From the NCBI GenBank assembly GCA_964616545.1, contig CAZTUA010000053.1, positions 15,061 through 79,060 on the forward strand: 64,000 nucleotides of DNA, written 5' to 3'. The stretch comes from an uncultured Actinomycetota bacterium. Lineage in GTDB: Bacteria > Actinomycetota > Humimicrobiia > Humimicrobiales > Humimicrobiaceae. Below are positions 28,516 to 39,453 of this stretch, one piece after another; position 1 is the first letter of the stretch; every line of letters starts with the position of its first letter. The notes under the pieces are model-generated. The model made no database searches. It saw nothing but the letters and a program-made list of their open reading frames with translations, and had not been told where the DNA came from. The translations under genes and the position numbers were made by a program.

Positions 28516-28749
28516 TTATCTGCCGCCCGTGCAGGTGCTGCAGCTTCCGCCCATACAGGTGCTGCATGATGAGGAGCTGCCGGAATAGCCATCTCCGCCG
28601 CGAGGGTTTTTAAATCCTACAGAAGAAAATACTCTTACCATATTTTTACTTCCGCATTTGCTGCACTTTATTTCTGCTTTATTGTCTCCGGTAATGGTTA
28701 CTTCTGTAATATTTTTACATACTTCACATTTATAATCTAAAAATCTCAA
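28516..28749 (-). CDS. FmdB-family zinc-ribbon protein with Gly/Ser/Cys-rich C-terminal tail
   Basis: 77 aa; CEVC...CSKCGS zinc ribbon then GGDGYSGSSSSCSTCMGGSCSTCTGG tail. Confidence 0.6.
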   Translation of the reverse strand: MRFLDYKCEVCKNITEVTITGDNKAEIKCSKCGSKNMVRVFSSVGFKNPRGGDGYSGSSSSCSTCMGGSCSTCTGGR

Positions 28750-28938
28750 AGATTATCACCTTTAATTAATGTTTAATATATATAATAAAAATACATCCAT
28801 TTTAAGGACAGCATACTATATTATTTTAAATATATGCCATGAATTATTATAAACAAATGGTGCCGTTAACTTCAAGCAGATTAAAAAAGCAGTTATAAAA
28901 ATTTTAAAAGGTAAAAGTTATTCAAATATTACCAGAGA

Positions 28939-29973
28939 TCACCTCTGCACTCTTCCCGAAGCATCGCCAGTCATTAACTTTTCAACCTCGCCTACCGAAA
29001 CTCTATTGTAATCTCCAGATATCGAGTGTTTCAGGCAGCTTGCTGCTGTTGCAAACTCCAGTGCCTTCTGCTTATCTTTATAAGCATTCAGCCCGTATAT
29101 TAATCCAGATGCAAATGCATCTCCGCCGCCTACCCTGTCCACAATATCTGTAATTTCATATTTTCTGCTTAAATAAAATTTCTTCCTGTCATTCATGCAG
29201 GCAGACCAGCCGTTTATGCTGGCGCTTTTACTTTCCCTTAAGGTTATAGCTACAGCTTTAAGATCTGGAAATGTCTCTAAAACTTTTTCACTGAGCGCTT
29301 CATATTTCTTCACATCAAGTTTTCCGCTTTCCACATTTATATCAACTTTAATACCGAGAGATTTCTGGCAATCTTCTTCATTTGCAATTCCGTAATCTAC
29401 ATATCTTACGAGTTCAGGCATTACCCCGGTTGCATCTTTTCCGTATTTCCAGAGCTTGCCTCTGTAATTAAAATCACATGATATAATTATTCCTTTTTCC
29501 TTTGCCTTCTTTACTGCTTCAAAGGATAGCTCCATTGCACTTTCTGAAATTGCAGGAGTGATACCGGTAATATGGAACCACTCTGCATTACTGAATACCT
29601 TTTCCCAATCTATATCACCGGGTTTTGCCATTGATATTGCCGAATAACTTCTGTCATATACTACTATAGACGGCCGCTGGTTCACGCCGCTTTCCAGATA
29701 ATAGGTACCCATTCTCCCCTGATTGCGTATTATCAGGGAAGTATCAATGCCCCATTTTTTTAACTCGCTCTCACAGGCACTCCCTATTCTGTTTTCAGGC
29801 AATGCCGTGCAAAAAGCAACATCAAAGCCAAAATTTGCAAGAGAAATAGCAACATTTGCCTCGCCTCCTCCAAAGGTCGCTTCCAGCACTGGTGACTGGA
29901 ACAGCCTCTCAAAGCCAGGCGATTTTAATCTCAACATCACTTCACCAAAAGTTATTATCCTTTTTCTTTCCAT
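28939..29973 (-). CDS. kdgK: 2-dehydro-3-deoxygluconokinase (PfkB family)
   Basis: 344 aa; PfkB signatures GGGEANVA and DRVGGGDAF; clustered with eda/kduD/kduI. Confidence 0.8.
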   Translation of the reverse strand: MERKRIITFGEVMLRLKSPGFERLFQSPVLEATFGGGEANVAISLANFGFDVAFCTALPENRIGSACESELKKWGIDTSLIIRNQGRMGTYYLESGVNQRPSIVVYDRSYSAISMAKPGDIDWEKVFSNAEWFHITGITPAISESAMELSFEAVKKAKEKGIIISCDFNYRGKLWKYGKDATGVMPELVRYVDYGIANEEDCQKSLGIKVDINVESGKLDVKKYEALSEKVLETFPDLKAVAITLRESKSASINGWSACMNDRKKFYLSRKYEITDIVDRVGGGDAFASGLIYGLNAYKDKQKALEFATAASCLKHSISGDYNRVSVGEVEKLMTGDASGRVQR

Positions 29974-29987
29974 TTATATATCCCTCC

Positions 29988-30947
29988 TTATTTCTGTAAA
30001 AGGTGTACTGCAAAACCATTTATCTCTTTTTCAAAATAAACTGCAGCAGGCCTATCTTCCGGGCCTTTCCTTGTGCTCCAGTCTATCTTATAGCCTTTTT
30101 TGCCGAGATAATATGCGGCTCTTGAGATACTGTTTGTCCTGATAGCAATATGGCCCATTTCCCCCCGACCTTTTGCTTTATTGACTTCAATTCCAGTACC
30201 GGAAAAATTAGATGAGTTTCCCTCTTTAAGCTTAAAACCAAAAGCATCCGAAAACGCCTCTGCAATAGCCAGCGACTCCTTTTCGTTTTCTGCATTAATC
30301 CCGATATGGGCAAGCTCAAACCCCAGCAATATATCAATAGATTCCTTTACAATGCCGGATATCTTGGTAAAATTTTTATCATTAATATCAGATGCTTTGC
30401 ATAGCCAGCTTCCCCCTACTGCATGTATATAAAGCTTATCCGCAAAATCTGCAAGATTTTTATTGCTCACCCCCCCGGTCGGTATAAATTTAACCATTCT
30501 GTACGGGCCATACAGTGCCTCACAGCCCTTTATCCCTCCAAAAATACCTCCCGGGAAAAACTTAAGTATATTGATATTATAGCTAAGAGCCTGCTGTACT
30601 TCTGTCGGAGTAACGACCCCCGGTGTTACAACCACTTCTTTATTCTGGCACCACTCAACAAGCTCCGGATTTAATCCCGGGGACACGACAAACTCAGCAC
30701 CAGCGTTTACAACTTCTTCGGCTTGCTCTATTGAAAGAACTGTACCGGCCCCTACCAGCATATCAGGGACGGCTTCTTTTATCTTTCTTATTGATCTTAT
30801 TCCTTCATCAGTACGCAGGGTAATCTCCATAACATCAAGTCCGCCGTCCATTACTGCTTTTGCCGCGGATGCCGCAAGCCGGGCATCATCAACGACTACA
30901 ACCGGAACAAGACCTGCATTCCCTATTCTCTTTAAAACATCATTCAT
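29988..30947 (-). CDS. eda: KDPG/KHG aldolase (Eda) with C-terminal VOC-like extension
   Basis: 319 aa; first ~205 aa is the Eda TIM barrel (GLVPVVVVDD.., VGAGTVL, FPGG); last ~110 aa (FELAHIGINAEN...GHIAIRTNSI) shows a glyoxalase/VOC-like pattern. Confidence 0.75.
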   Translation of the reverse strand: MNDVLKRIGNAGLVPVVVVDDARLAASAAKAVMDGGLDVMEITLRTDEGIRSIRKIKEAVPDMLVGAGTVLSIEQAEEVVNAGAEFVVSPGLNPELVEWCQNKEVVVTPGVVTPTEVQQALSYNINILKFFPGGIFGGIKGCEALYGPYRMVKFIPTGGVSNKNLADFADKLYIHAVGGSWLCKASDINDKNFTKISGIVKESIDILLGFELAHIGINAENEKESLAIAEAFSDAFGFKLKEGNSSNFSGTGIEVNKAKGRGEMGHIAIRTNSISRAAYYLGKKGYKIDWSTRKGPEDRPAAVYFEKEINGFAVHLLQK

Positions 30948-31107
30948 TATAATCTCCCATAAATTTCATTTTTCAATATTACGGCCTTAACACCAAACTT
31001 ACTTTTAGTCCACCGTCATACCGGTAGATATTTTTACACAATTCCATACAGCCGCGTAAAAATATCTTATTTAACAAATTTTTATATTTTAAAATTATTT
31101 TTTAAAT

Positions 31108-31869
31108 TTACCTGGCCAGCCACCCGCCATCTACAGCAAGTGTATATCCGTTAACATAATCTGAGGCTTCAGATGCCAGAAAAACAGCAGGTCCTGCAAC
31201 ATCTTCGGGCAATCCCCATCTCCCGGCCGGAATCCTGTCCAGTATAGCTTTGCTTCTGGCTTTATCTTCCCTTAATGCTTTTGTATTATTTGTAGCCATA
31301 TAGCCCGGGGCAATAGCATTAACATTTATATTATATTTTGCCCATTCATTGGCCAGTGCTCTTGTTAGCCCCATAACTGCGCTCTTGCTTGCAGTATATG
31401 AAGGAACCCTGATTCCGCCCTGGAAAGAAAGCATTGAGGCAATATTTATTATTTTACCGCCTGTTTTCTGTTTAACAAATTGTCTGGCGATAGCCTGCGA
31501 AAAGAAGAACACAGTTTTAGCATTGATATCTATAACGTCATCCCAGTCCTTCTCGGTAAAATCTATTGCATCTTCTCTTCTGATAATGCCTGCATTATTA
31601 ATAAGGATATCTACTTTGCCGTATTCTTTTACTGTCTGCTCTATTATGCTTTCTATTGGTTCCGTAGTTAACAGGTTTGCCTTAATCTCTAAAAATCTTC
31701 TCCCTATTTTTTTAACTTTTTCCCCGGTTTCAGCTGAATCTACATAATCCACTCCTGTTATATCTGCACCTGCTTCAGCAAGGCCTATTATCATCCCCTG
31801 GCCGAGACCGGTACTGCTTCCGGTTACAATTGCAACTTTCCCTTCCAGATTTAATTTGTCCAGCATCAT
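31108..31869 (-). CDS. kduD: 2-dehydro-3-deoxy-D-gluconate 5-dehydrogenase (SDR)
   Basis: 253 aa; TGSSTGLG Rossmann motif, YxxxK catalytic dyad (YTASK), overall KduD-like. Confidence 0.8.
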   Translation of the reverse strand: MMLDKLNLEGKVAIVTGSSTGLGQGMIIGLAEAGADITGVDYVDSAETGEKVKKIGRRFLEIKANLLTTEPIESIIEQTVKEYGKVDILINNAGIIRREDAIDFTEKDWDDVIDINAKTVFFFSQAIARQFVKQKTGGKIINIASMLSFQGGIRVPSYTASKSAVMGLTRALANEWAKYNINVNAIAPGYMATNNTKALREDKARSKAILDRIPAGRWGLPEDVAGPAVFLASEASDYVNGYTLAVDGGWLAR

Positions 31870-31897
31870 AAATCTTCATCCCTTTCTTTTGTATAAG

Positions 31898-32740
31898 TTA
31901 TTTCATATCTTTTGTTTCAATAGCATCCATATCGGTAAATGTCTGGTTTTCTCCAACCATTCCCCAGATAAACGAATATGCACAGGTACCGCACCCTGAA
32001 TGTATGGACCAGCTTGGTGTTATTGCTGCCTGTTCATTCCTCATAACGAGATGCCTTGTCTGGCCGGGTTCTCCAATAAAATGAAAAACTATTTGATCTT
32101 CCGGCAGGTCGAAGTACGCATATACTTCCATTCTCCTCTGATGAGTATGGCAGGGCATTGTGTTCCATACATTTCCAGGCGCCATCTGTGTCAGACCCAT
32201 ACATAACTGGCAGCTTTCCACCACACCTGGCTGGATATACTGATTTATCACTCTTTTATTACTGTTTTCATCACTACCCATATCAACTTTATTGGCTTTA
32301 TTAATATCTATATGAGTAGTCTCACAGGTCTTATGTGCCGGGGCGCTTAACGTATAAAATTTTGCCGGTTTAGACGAATCTGCACTCTCAAACAGTACTT
32401 CTTTTGCGCCTTTGCCCACATAGAGCCCGTCCCTCGGATTCATCTCATATTTCTTTCCATCAACAGTAATACTGCCTTTCTGTCCCATATTGATAACCCC
32501 GAGTTCTCTTCTTTCCAGAAAGTAATCTGTGCCGAGATTATGCATTATATCCAGATTCTGCCCCAGCTCGATTGCTTTCGCTGCCGGCATCACGCCTATA
32601 ACAATTATTCTGTCAATCTGACTGTAAACTCTTTTAATCTCTCCGCTTAGAAATAAGTTTTCAACTAAAAATTCTTCCCTTAGTCGCTCTGTTGTATAAT
32701 GCTTTGCATCCTTTGAATTCATTGATTCTCTAATTTCCAT
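31898..32740 (-). CDS. kduI: 5-dehydro-4-deoxy-D-glucuronate isomerase
   Basis: 280 aa cupin; N-terminus ...HYTTERLREEFLVENLF and length match KduI. Confidence 0.85.
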   Translation of the reverse strand: MEIRESMNSKDAKHYTTERLREEFLVENLFLSGEIKRVYSQIDRIIVIGVMPAAKAIELGQNLDIMHNLGTDYFLERRELGVINMGQKGSITVDGKKYEMNPRDGLYVGKGAKEVLFESADSSKPAKFYTLSAPAHKTCETTHIDINKANKVDMGSDENSNKRVINQYIQPGVVESCQLCMGLTQMAPGNVWNTMPCHTHQRRMEVYAYFDLPEDQIVFHFIGEPGQTRHLVMRNEQAAITPSWSIHSGCGTCAYSFIWGMVGENQTFTDMDAIETKDMK

Positions 32741-32929
32741 TTTTTCTCCCCTTTTATTCCTTTATTAATTATCTTCTTCTTATACCACTTATAACCATTA
32801 AATATAAATTTTCAAATATTAAAAAATTTAAGTTATAACTTCAAAACAAATATATATATTTGCCTGTCAGTGATAACCGGCAATTTTAAGTATCCAGAAT
32901 ACTGCGACTGAAACTGATATAGATAAAGC

Positions 32930-34213
32930 TTATTTAAATACCAATCCCGGTAACCATAATGAAAGTGCCGGAATGAAAGTAACCAGCAGTAAAATTATGA
33001 AATTACATACTATATAGGGCAGGGCACCTTTGAATATATCTGTTATATCCATTTTAGAAATCTTTGCAGCTGCATTCAGGCACATACCGACAGGCGGCGT
33101 AACCAGACCAATGGCGACACCTACTATCATAATAGCTCCAAACTGCAGGGCACTTACTCCCAGGCCTTCCATTACAGGCAGTAATATTGGCACTACAAGC
33201 AATAATGCCGGCGTAACATCAATAAACGTACCGATAATCAGGATGATAATGTCCAGCATTAACAAAATCCATACCCTATGGACCTGCAATCCCAGGAAAA
33301 ATTCGGCAATCGTCTGAGGCACCTGTTCTATTGCCAGAATCCACGAAAAAATCATGGAAAAACCAATAATAATCATAATGCTGCTTGATGATAGAAAGGC
33401 TCTTTTTAGCGCGTTAAGAAGTGCGCCACCTTTTAATTCTCTGTACACCAGAAACCCTAATAATGTTGCATATAAAACAGCAACCCCTGCAACTTCGGTT
33501 GGTGTTGCAATACCAAATGATATTGCCAGAACAATAACAACAGGCATAAGAACTGCAAGAGAGCCGTCCCTCATTGTAAGGCCAAAATGCCTTTTATCAA
33601 ACTTTGTAAATTCTGGATGATAATGATTCTTTTTTGAAATAATATAGACCAGTGCAGTCTGCGTCAGGCCGATCAATATTCCCGGTATTGCTCCTGCCAG
33701 AAACAGGGCTCCCACTGATTCCCCCGATATCATTGCATACATAAGCATTGGTATGCTGGGCGGTATAATCATTCCTACCGTGGATGAGGCTACCGTAATA
33801 CCAACTGCTACCGGTTTCGGGTATCCTTTTTCAACCATCTGAGGAATAAGCACTGAGCCTATTGCCGAAGTATCGGCAACCGATGAGCCGGAGATGCCGC
33901 CAAAAATCATGCTTGCAATTACATTGACTTCACCGAGACCGCCCCTAACAGGCCTAACTACATAACCACAAAAATTTATAATTCTCTTTGTCACTCCACC
34001 ATGATTCATTAATTCCCCTGCCAGTATAAATAACGGGAGCGCAATCATCACGAAACTATTTGTACCAGCCCAGATTCGCTGGGGTATCATAGAAATATAA
34101 CCTGGATTATAAACTACAAAATATAATAAACTTGATGCTCCTATAGCAAATGCAATCGGGACTCCTATTGCTGCAAGTAAAAAAAAAGTTCCTATCAATA
34201 GTCCTACCGACAT
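32930..34213 (-). CDS. TRAP transporter large permease (DctM family)
   Basis: 427 aa, ~12 TM helices, DctM-type conserved blocks. Confidence 0.85.
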   Translation of the reverse strand: MSVGLLIGTFFLLAAIGVPIAFAIGASSLLYFVVYNPGYISMIPQRIWAGTNSFVMIALPLFILAGELMNHGGVTKRIINFCGYVVRPVRGGLGEVNVIASMIFGGISGSSVADTSAIGSVLIPQMVEKGYPKPVAVGITVASSTVGMIIPPSIPMLMYAMISGESVGALFLAGAIPGILIGLTQTALVYIISKKNHYHPEFTKFDKRHFGLTMRDGSLAVLMPVVIVLAISFGIATPTEVAGVAVLYATLLGFLVYRELKGGALLNALKRAFLSSSSIMIIIGFSMIFSWILAIEQVPQTIAEFFLGLQVHRVWILLMLDIIILIIGTFIDVTPALLLVVPILLPVMEGLGVSALQFGAIMIVGVAIGLVTPPVGMCLNAAAKISKMDITDIFKGALPYIVCNFIILLLVTFIPALSLWLPGLVFK

Positions 34214-34247
34214 TTAGTTATTCTCCTCCTAAAAATTTTAGATATAA

Positions 34248-34811
34248 TTAAGATTTACCAGTTACCTTTTTAAAATCAATAAATTTTAATACAATTTCCC
34301 TTAATTCATATATGGCAATCATTACAAAAGAGATTGTAAACATATAGTAAACTGTTGAATATTGTAATTTAAGCCCTGAGCTTATCTTGCCGCCCACCTT
34401 TTCAATCCAGCCCAGACTCAGGTATGCTGCCATTAATACAGTAATTAAAGTGATTATACTTATTAGAACTTCTAAGAATATTTTAACTTTTGGGGGTAAT
34501 TTATCTTTTAATATTGATACTTTAATATGCTCATCCCATCTTACCCCCAGTATTATTCCAAAATAAGTCGTTGCAATAAATATAAAAACAATAAGTTCTT
34601 CCGTCCAGTTAAATACAATGTTAAAAAGATATCTTAAGGATACTGATGCTATGACCAGAACAACCAGTCCGCTCATAAGTCCAATATCAAGATAAAATAA
34701 ACTTTTATCCATACCGATAAATAACCCATTAAATATTTTTTTTAATATTTTCACTATTTCTCTCCCTGAGATACTATTTTCTATATAAGAAAGAGAAAAG
34801 TGACCGGGCAC
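34248..34811 (-). CDS. TRAP transporter small permease (DctQ family)
   Basis: 187 aa, four TM helices, positioned between DctP and DctM. Confidence 0.7.
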   Translation of the reverse strand: MPGHFSLSYIENSISGREIVKILKKIFNGLFIGMDKSLFYLDIGLMSGLVVLVIASVSLRYLFNIVFNWTEELIVFIFIATTYFGIILGVRWDEHIKVSILKDKLPPKVKIFLEVLISIITLITVLMAAYLSLGWIEKVGGKISSGLKLQYSTVYYMFTISFVMIAIYELREIVLKFIDFKKVTGKS

Positions 34812-34856
34812 TTTCTCTTTCTTATATAGAGTACGTTCTTATATTACTTTATTCTA

Positions 34857-35933
34857 CTACTCAATTGAGCTTCTTACTTTATCCAGCAGCTCGGCAGTAA
34901 ACCATCCTTCATCAATAAAGTAATCATATACTGGTGCACATTTTTCAATAAATGCTGCTATATTTTCATCTGTAAGATACGTTATTTCCATGTTTTCTTC
35001 CATAACAGGCACTACAGCTTCTGCTCTTTCAGTCATTAATATATCGTTGTGTTTCATTGATTCTTTTGCTGCATCAGTAACTATTTCCTGCAGATATGGC
35101 TCCAATGACTGATACCAATCATTGCTTACAAACATTGGGTCCGGGTGTATCTGGTAATTGGACATTGTCATATACTTTTGTACTTCATAGAATTTTTTAT
35201 CATCAATATTAACCAGCGGGTTCTCCTGTCCGTCTGCAACACCCGTCTTTAATGCCATGTATAGTTCAGCATAGGGAATAGAAACCGGGTTTGCTCCCAG
35301 TGCTTCCATAATCTTTATAATGCTTTCTATTGGCGGGGTCCTCATCTTTAATCCTACAATATCTTCAGGAGTTTCAATTGGTTTTACATTGTTTGTCCAC
35401 TGCCTGAGTCCACCTGCATCTCCTGTTGCCGGTATATAAATACCTACGTCCAGAGCAGCTGCGGCAATTTCGTCTCCAATAGGACCGCTCGCAATTGCTG
35501 TAAATTCAGCCGGTTCATTAAACAGAAAAGGCATCATATAAACTGATAATTCAGTTGCAACATCATCAAAGCTCCCGCCTCTGGTTGCCTGCAATGTTCC
35601 CATTTGAACCTGTTCAAGCATCTCGGCTTCAGTTCCAAGCTGGCCTGCCGGATACAGCTCGACATCTATAGCACCTTCTGAATTTTTCTCTACCAGCTGC
35701 TCAAAAACCAGTAAAGACATATGTCTTGGTGCACTGGTTGAGTGTGAATGGCCAATCTTCATCGTATATGTGCCAGGAGCTACTTTTTCTACTTCTTCTA
35801 CTACTTCCTCTGCTGCTTCTTCAACTTCTTCTACTACTTCCTCTGCTGCTCCCTCGCATCCTACAAGTGAAAAAGTTGCAATTGTTGATATACTCAACAT
35901 CAACATTATTAACCATAATAATGTTTTCTTCAT
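34857..35933 (-). CDS. TRAP transporter substrate-binding lipoprotein (DctP family) with acidic EEVVEEVE repeat linker
   Basis: Start placed at MKKTLLWLIML...LVGC (lipobox) with AAAGGA RBS rather than the upstream in-frame ATG at 36077; DctP fold downstream of (EEVVEEVE)x2 linker. Confidence 0.8.
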   Translation of the reverse strand: MKKTLLWLIMLMLSISTIATFSLVGCEGAAEEVVEEVEEAAEEVVEEVEKVAPGTYTMKIGHSHSTSAPRHMSLLVFEQLVEKNSEGAIDVELYPAGQLGTEAEMLEQVQMGTLQATRGGSFDDVATELSVYMMPFLFNEPAEFTAIASGPIGDEIAAAALDVGIYIPATGDAGGLRQWTNNVKPIETPEDIVGLKMRTPPIESIIKIMEALGANPVSIPYAELYMALKTGVADGQENPLVNIDDKKFYEVQKYMTMSNYQIHPDPMFVSNDWYQSLEPYLQEIVTDAAKESMKHNDILMTERAEAVVPVMEENMEITYLTDENIAAFIEKCAPVYDYFIDEGWFTAELLDKVRSSIE

Positions 35934-36210
35934 TTCAAATCCTTTCTTAAAAAAATCTATTATATAAAGTATTTTTATCTCTTTTACCACCCCCTGTACT
36001 TTACTTTTAATATTTTTCCTGATAAATTCCTGTTGAGATTTGTTTGTGTTATCCTCTAATATAATCGGGCAAAACATCAGATTATATTAGCTACATAAAC
36101 AAATCTCTTTTTACTTCATTTTCCATCACCTCTCTTTATATTATTTACGCGGCATATTTTAATATTTCTATGGCTAATAGAAATTCCCTTAATTGCCCGG
36201 ATATTTAGAA

Positions 36211-36963
36211 TTACCCTTCAATAAATCCCAGTTCTTTAGAAATCATATCCGATTTCTCTATCAGGACATCCTTGAATGTAACCAATTTTGATAAATTCAT
36301 TCTTGATTTTATTGCAGATATACTTGCAGCATACCTGACATTTCTACTGTAATCCCTTATCGGTGCAGCTATACAGCAAATATTTTCCTCGTGTTCCGAG
36401 TTGTCAACAGCATATCCATCCTGTCTGATATCTTCCAGGATTTTAAGAAACTCTTCTTTATCAGTGATTGTATTTTTTGTAAGTGGTATAAAATCAAGAT
36501 CTTTAATTATGTCATTTATAACTTCATTTTTTTGAAATGCCAGAATTACTTTACCTGCCGCAGTACAGCTAATAGGGGCCACATTTCCAATTCTTGAATA
36601 CATTCTTATGGGTTTTGCACTCTCAATTTTATCTATATAAACAACTCTCTTCCCGTCAAATGTTGTTAGATGAATTGTCTCATTTGTATATTTTTCAAGT
36701 TCTAAAAGATATGGGTGAGCGATATTTCTGATATCTATGGAGTCAATTATTTTTGTGGATATATTTAAGAATTTTAACCCGAGACTGTATTTTTTATTGG
36801 CAGGGTTCATCTTAACATAATTATATTTAAGGAGCGTTTTTAGAAATCTGTAAACTGTGCTTTTGTCTATACCTAATTTATCAGAAATATCCTTAAGCCT
36901 TAATTCACTGCTATTTTCTAATAAATCAATTATTTTGAAGAACCTTATTAATGTTTCTACCAT
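36211..36963 (-). CDS. IclR-family transcriptional regulator (KdgR-like)
   Basis: 250 aa; N-terminal HTH LGIDKSTVYRFLKTL and C-terminal IclR effector domain; divergent from FAH gene and adjacent to the KDG cluster. Confidence 0.8.
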   Translation of the reverse strand: MVETLIRFFKIIDLLENSSELRLKDISDKLGIDKSTVYRFLKTLLKYNYVKMNPANKKYSLGLKFLNISTKIIDSIDIRNIAHPYLLELEKYTNETIHLTTFDGKRVVYIDKIESAKPIRMYSRIGNVAPISCTAAGKVILAFQKNEVINDIIKDLDFIPLTKNTITDKEEFLKILEDIRQDGYAVDNSEHEENICCIAAPIRDYSRNVRYAASISAIKSRMNLSKLVTFKDVLIEKSDMISKELGFIEG

Positions 36964-37177
36964 TTAAAAAAGTTTCTAATAATGAAATATAGTTTTATTA
37001 AGTGAAATTAAAATACCAGAATGGATAATTTTTGTCAAGTGTTAAAGGCAGTGTGTCATTTACGATTTAAAATTGCACACTTATCTATAAGATTTATGTT
37101 TGAGCTCTTCCATTAAAATGCCAAAGAAATTAAAATATAACCTTTATAGAATTAAAATAAAACCATAAGGAGCAGTT

Positions 37178-37846
37178 ATGTTTTTTAAACCAGATATCAA
37201 CAATTATACCCCTGGCAAAATAATATGCGTTGGAATGAACTACAAATCTCATATCAAAGAACAGGATGGCCGTTTCCCTGAAAAGCCAGTACTATTTTCC
37301 AAAGCAAGGAGCTGCGTTGTAAAAAATAAAGAACCCGTAATATATCCTCCTGAGGTTAAAGAGCTTGATTATGAAGTTGAACTTGCAGTTGTAATAGGAA
37401 AAAAAATGAAAAACACTCCCGGGGACAGAGTATCGGATTATATTTACGGATATACAATAATGAATGATATTACGGCCAGGGACATCCAGAAAAATGAATC
37501 ACAGTGGTACCGTTCAAAAAGTTTTGATACTTTTGGACCGGTAGGCCCGGTTATTGTCAGTAAAAATGAGATATCCGACCCGCAGAACCTCAGCCTGAAA
37601 TCTTATGTAAATGGTGAACTCAGGCAGAATGGAAATACAAACGATATGATATTCGGAGTCTATGAACTCTTATCATTTATTTCAAAATCAATTACTCTGG
37701 AGGCAGGAGATATAATATCAACGGGGACTCCGTCAGGAGTCGGTGTTTTCATGAAACAAAAAAAATTACTCAGGCCCGGAGATACAATAATATGCGAAAT
37801 TGAAAAAATAGGGAGGCTTGAGAATAAAATAGCAGCAGGATTATGA
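37178..37846 (+). CDS. Fumarylacetoacetate hydrolase (FAH) family protein
   Basis: 222 aa; KIICVGMNYKSH..., ELAVVIG, metal-binding E/D pattern typical of FAH family. Confidence 0.75.
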   Translation: MFFKPDINNYTPGKIICVGMNYKSHIKEQDGRFPEKPVLFSKARSCVVKNKEPVIYPPEVKELDYEVELAVVIGKKMKNTPGDRVSDYIYGYTIMNDITARDIQKNESQWYRSKSFDTFGPVGPVIVSKNEISDPQNLSLKSYVNGELRQNGNTNDMIFGVYELLSFISKSITLEAGDIISTGTPSGVGVFMKQKKLLRPGDTIICEIEKIGRLENKIAAGL

Positions 37847-38493
37847 GCGATATTTTTCAAATATTTTTCGGATCAATGATTGTCGCTTTTTCGGGCGCGC
37901 TTGTTCCGGGACCCATGCTGACCCTCGTAATAAGCAGCGTTGCCAGAAAAGGATTCTGGACTTCTTTTTTTATTGTGCTGGGGCATTCATTACTTGAGCT
38001 TGCAGTTGTAATATGCTTTATATTCGGGATACTTAAATTTCTGGATAATCCCCTTGCTGCAAAAATAATAGGTATTCTGGGAGGTATTTTCCTGCTGTAC
38101 CTGGGGATTGATATCATAATATCAATTTTTAAGAATAAATTTACCATAGACTTTAAGTCAACAATAAAAGAGAAAACAATAACAGGAAAATCAACTATTA
38201 CGCTGATATTCAGGGGTATTCTTATAAGTCTTATGAATCCTTACTGGTTTATCTGGTGGATGAGTATTGGAGCGGCTTTTCTTTTAAAAAGCGTGGAATT
38301 TAATTTTACCGGTGTTACATCTTTTTATGTGGGGCATATAAGCGCCGACTTTATCTGGTATCTATTCATCGGGTTTCTCGTGAGTTCCGGCCGCAGATTT
38401 TTTAACCAGAAAATATACAATGGCATTTTAACAGCCTGCAGCATATTTTTATTTTACCTGGGGATAAAATTTATAATTGACGCTTTAATGTAA
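37843..38493 (+). CDS. LysE/RhtB-family amino acid exporter
   Basis: 216 aa, six TM helices, N-terminal GALVPGPM motif; 4-bp overlap with FAH gene. Confidence 0.7.
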   Translation: MSDIFQIFFGSMIVAFSGALVPGPMLTLVISSVARKGFWTSFFIVLGHSLLELAVVICFIFGILKFLDNPLAAKIIGILGGIFLLYLGIDIIISIFKNKFTIDFKSTIKEKTITGKSTITLIFRGILISLMNPYWFIWWMSIGAAFLLKSVEFNFTGVTSFYVGHISADFIWYLFIGFLVSSGRRFFNQKIYNGILTACSIFLFYLGIKFIIDALM

Positions 38494-38610
38494 AAAGCTT
38501 TCGGTTAAACTTAAGCTGCTGCCTGATTTTAGCAGCCATATTCTTTTTATCCATTTTTTCTGATAAAATTTTTAAACTGCTTTCTGTTAAAAAAGTAAAA
38601 AGGAGTAATT

Positions 38611-39414
38611 ATTTTCATACCCGTATTAAAAACAAAAAAAACTTTTTTTTTATACACATTAATAGCCTTACTTCTTTTATGCGCAATTACTTACGCTATT
38701 ATTTCAATCATTCGCACAGACACCGGCAGCAATTACGGCCAGCTTGTTATCAATAAAAGTTCTTATTCCAGCCCCGGAATTATGAAAGACTTAAATAATC
38801 CCGGAAGAAGTATAATATCCCTGAATTTAAAATCTGGTAGTGGTAAAACTGATATCACCAGAGTAAATCTACTGCTTGATAAAACCCTGGATGAATCATG
38901 TGAAAAAATTTATCTCGGCCAAGAAGAATCCTCACTGGGTATAGCAGGGTTTCAGGAATCAACATCAAGACCTGCTGTATATTCAGAAAGTTCCGCTGCT
39001 GAAGAAAGCCGGAACCTGAATCCAGACAATATGGAAACACAGCTCCTTTTTTATATCAACAACATCAGAACCAGGAATGGTCTTTGTGCGCTGGGTTCAA
39101 ACCAGACCCTTGTAAATATTGCAGATTCAAGATGCAGGGATATGCTCAGCAGAAATTATTTTAACCACGTAACTCCTGAAGGTAAAAATATATTTAACAT
39201 ACTTCAAGAAAACAGGGTTATGTATGCCTCTGCAGGTGAAAACCTGTACGGGTGCTCTCCGCCGTCAGCTGGACCTGTGGAGGTTATAATAAGTACCTGG
39301 CTGGGCAGCGGCGGCCACAGAGAAAATTTATTTAACCCGCATTATACCCGGGTGGGAATAAAGATAGTTGACGGAGAAAATAGAAGAGTGGTCACTGCGA
39401 TATTTTTAAATTAA
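38611..39414 (+). CDS. Secreted CAP/SCP-domain protein (YkwD-like); likely non-canonical ATT start
   Basis: CAP domain motifs (NYFNHVTPEGK, GENLYGC); first ATG is at 38782 but the in-frame region upstream (open from 38599) encodes a classic signal peptide KTKKTFFLYTLIALLLLCAITYA with no ATG/GTG/TTG; AGGAG + 5 nt + ATT at 38611. Confidence 0.6.
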   Translation: MFIPVLKTKKTFFLYTLIALLLLCAITYAIISIIRTDTGSNYGQLVINKSSYSSPGIMKDLNNPGRSIISLNLKSGSGKTDITRVNLLLDKTLDESCEKIYLGQEESSLGIAGFQESTSRPAVYSESSAAEESRNLNPDNMETQLLFYINNIRTRNGLCALGSNQTLVNIADSRCRDMLSRNYFNHVTPEGKNIFNILQENRVMYASAGENLYGCSPPSAGPVEVIISTWLGSGGHRENLFNPHYTRVGIKIVDGENRRVVTAIFLN

Positions 39415-39453
39415 TTTTTTATAGCTCTGATTAAATAAGTACACATACAACTT

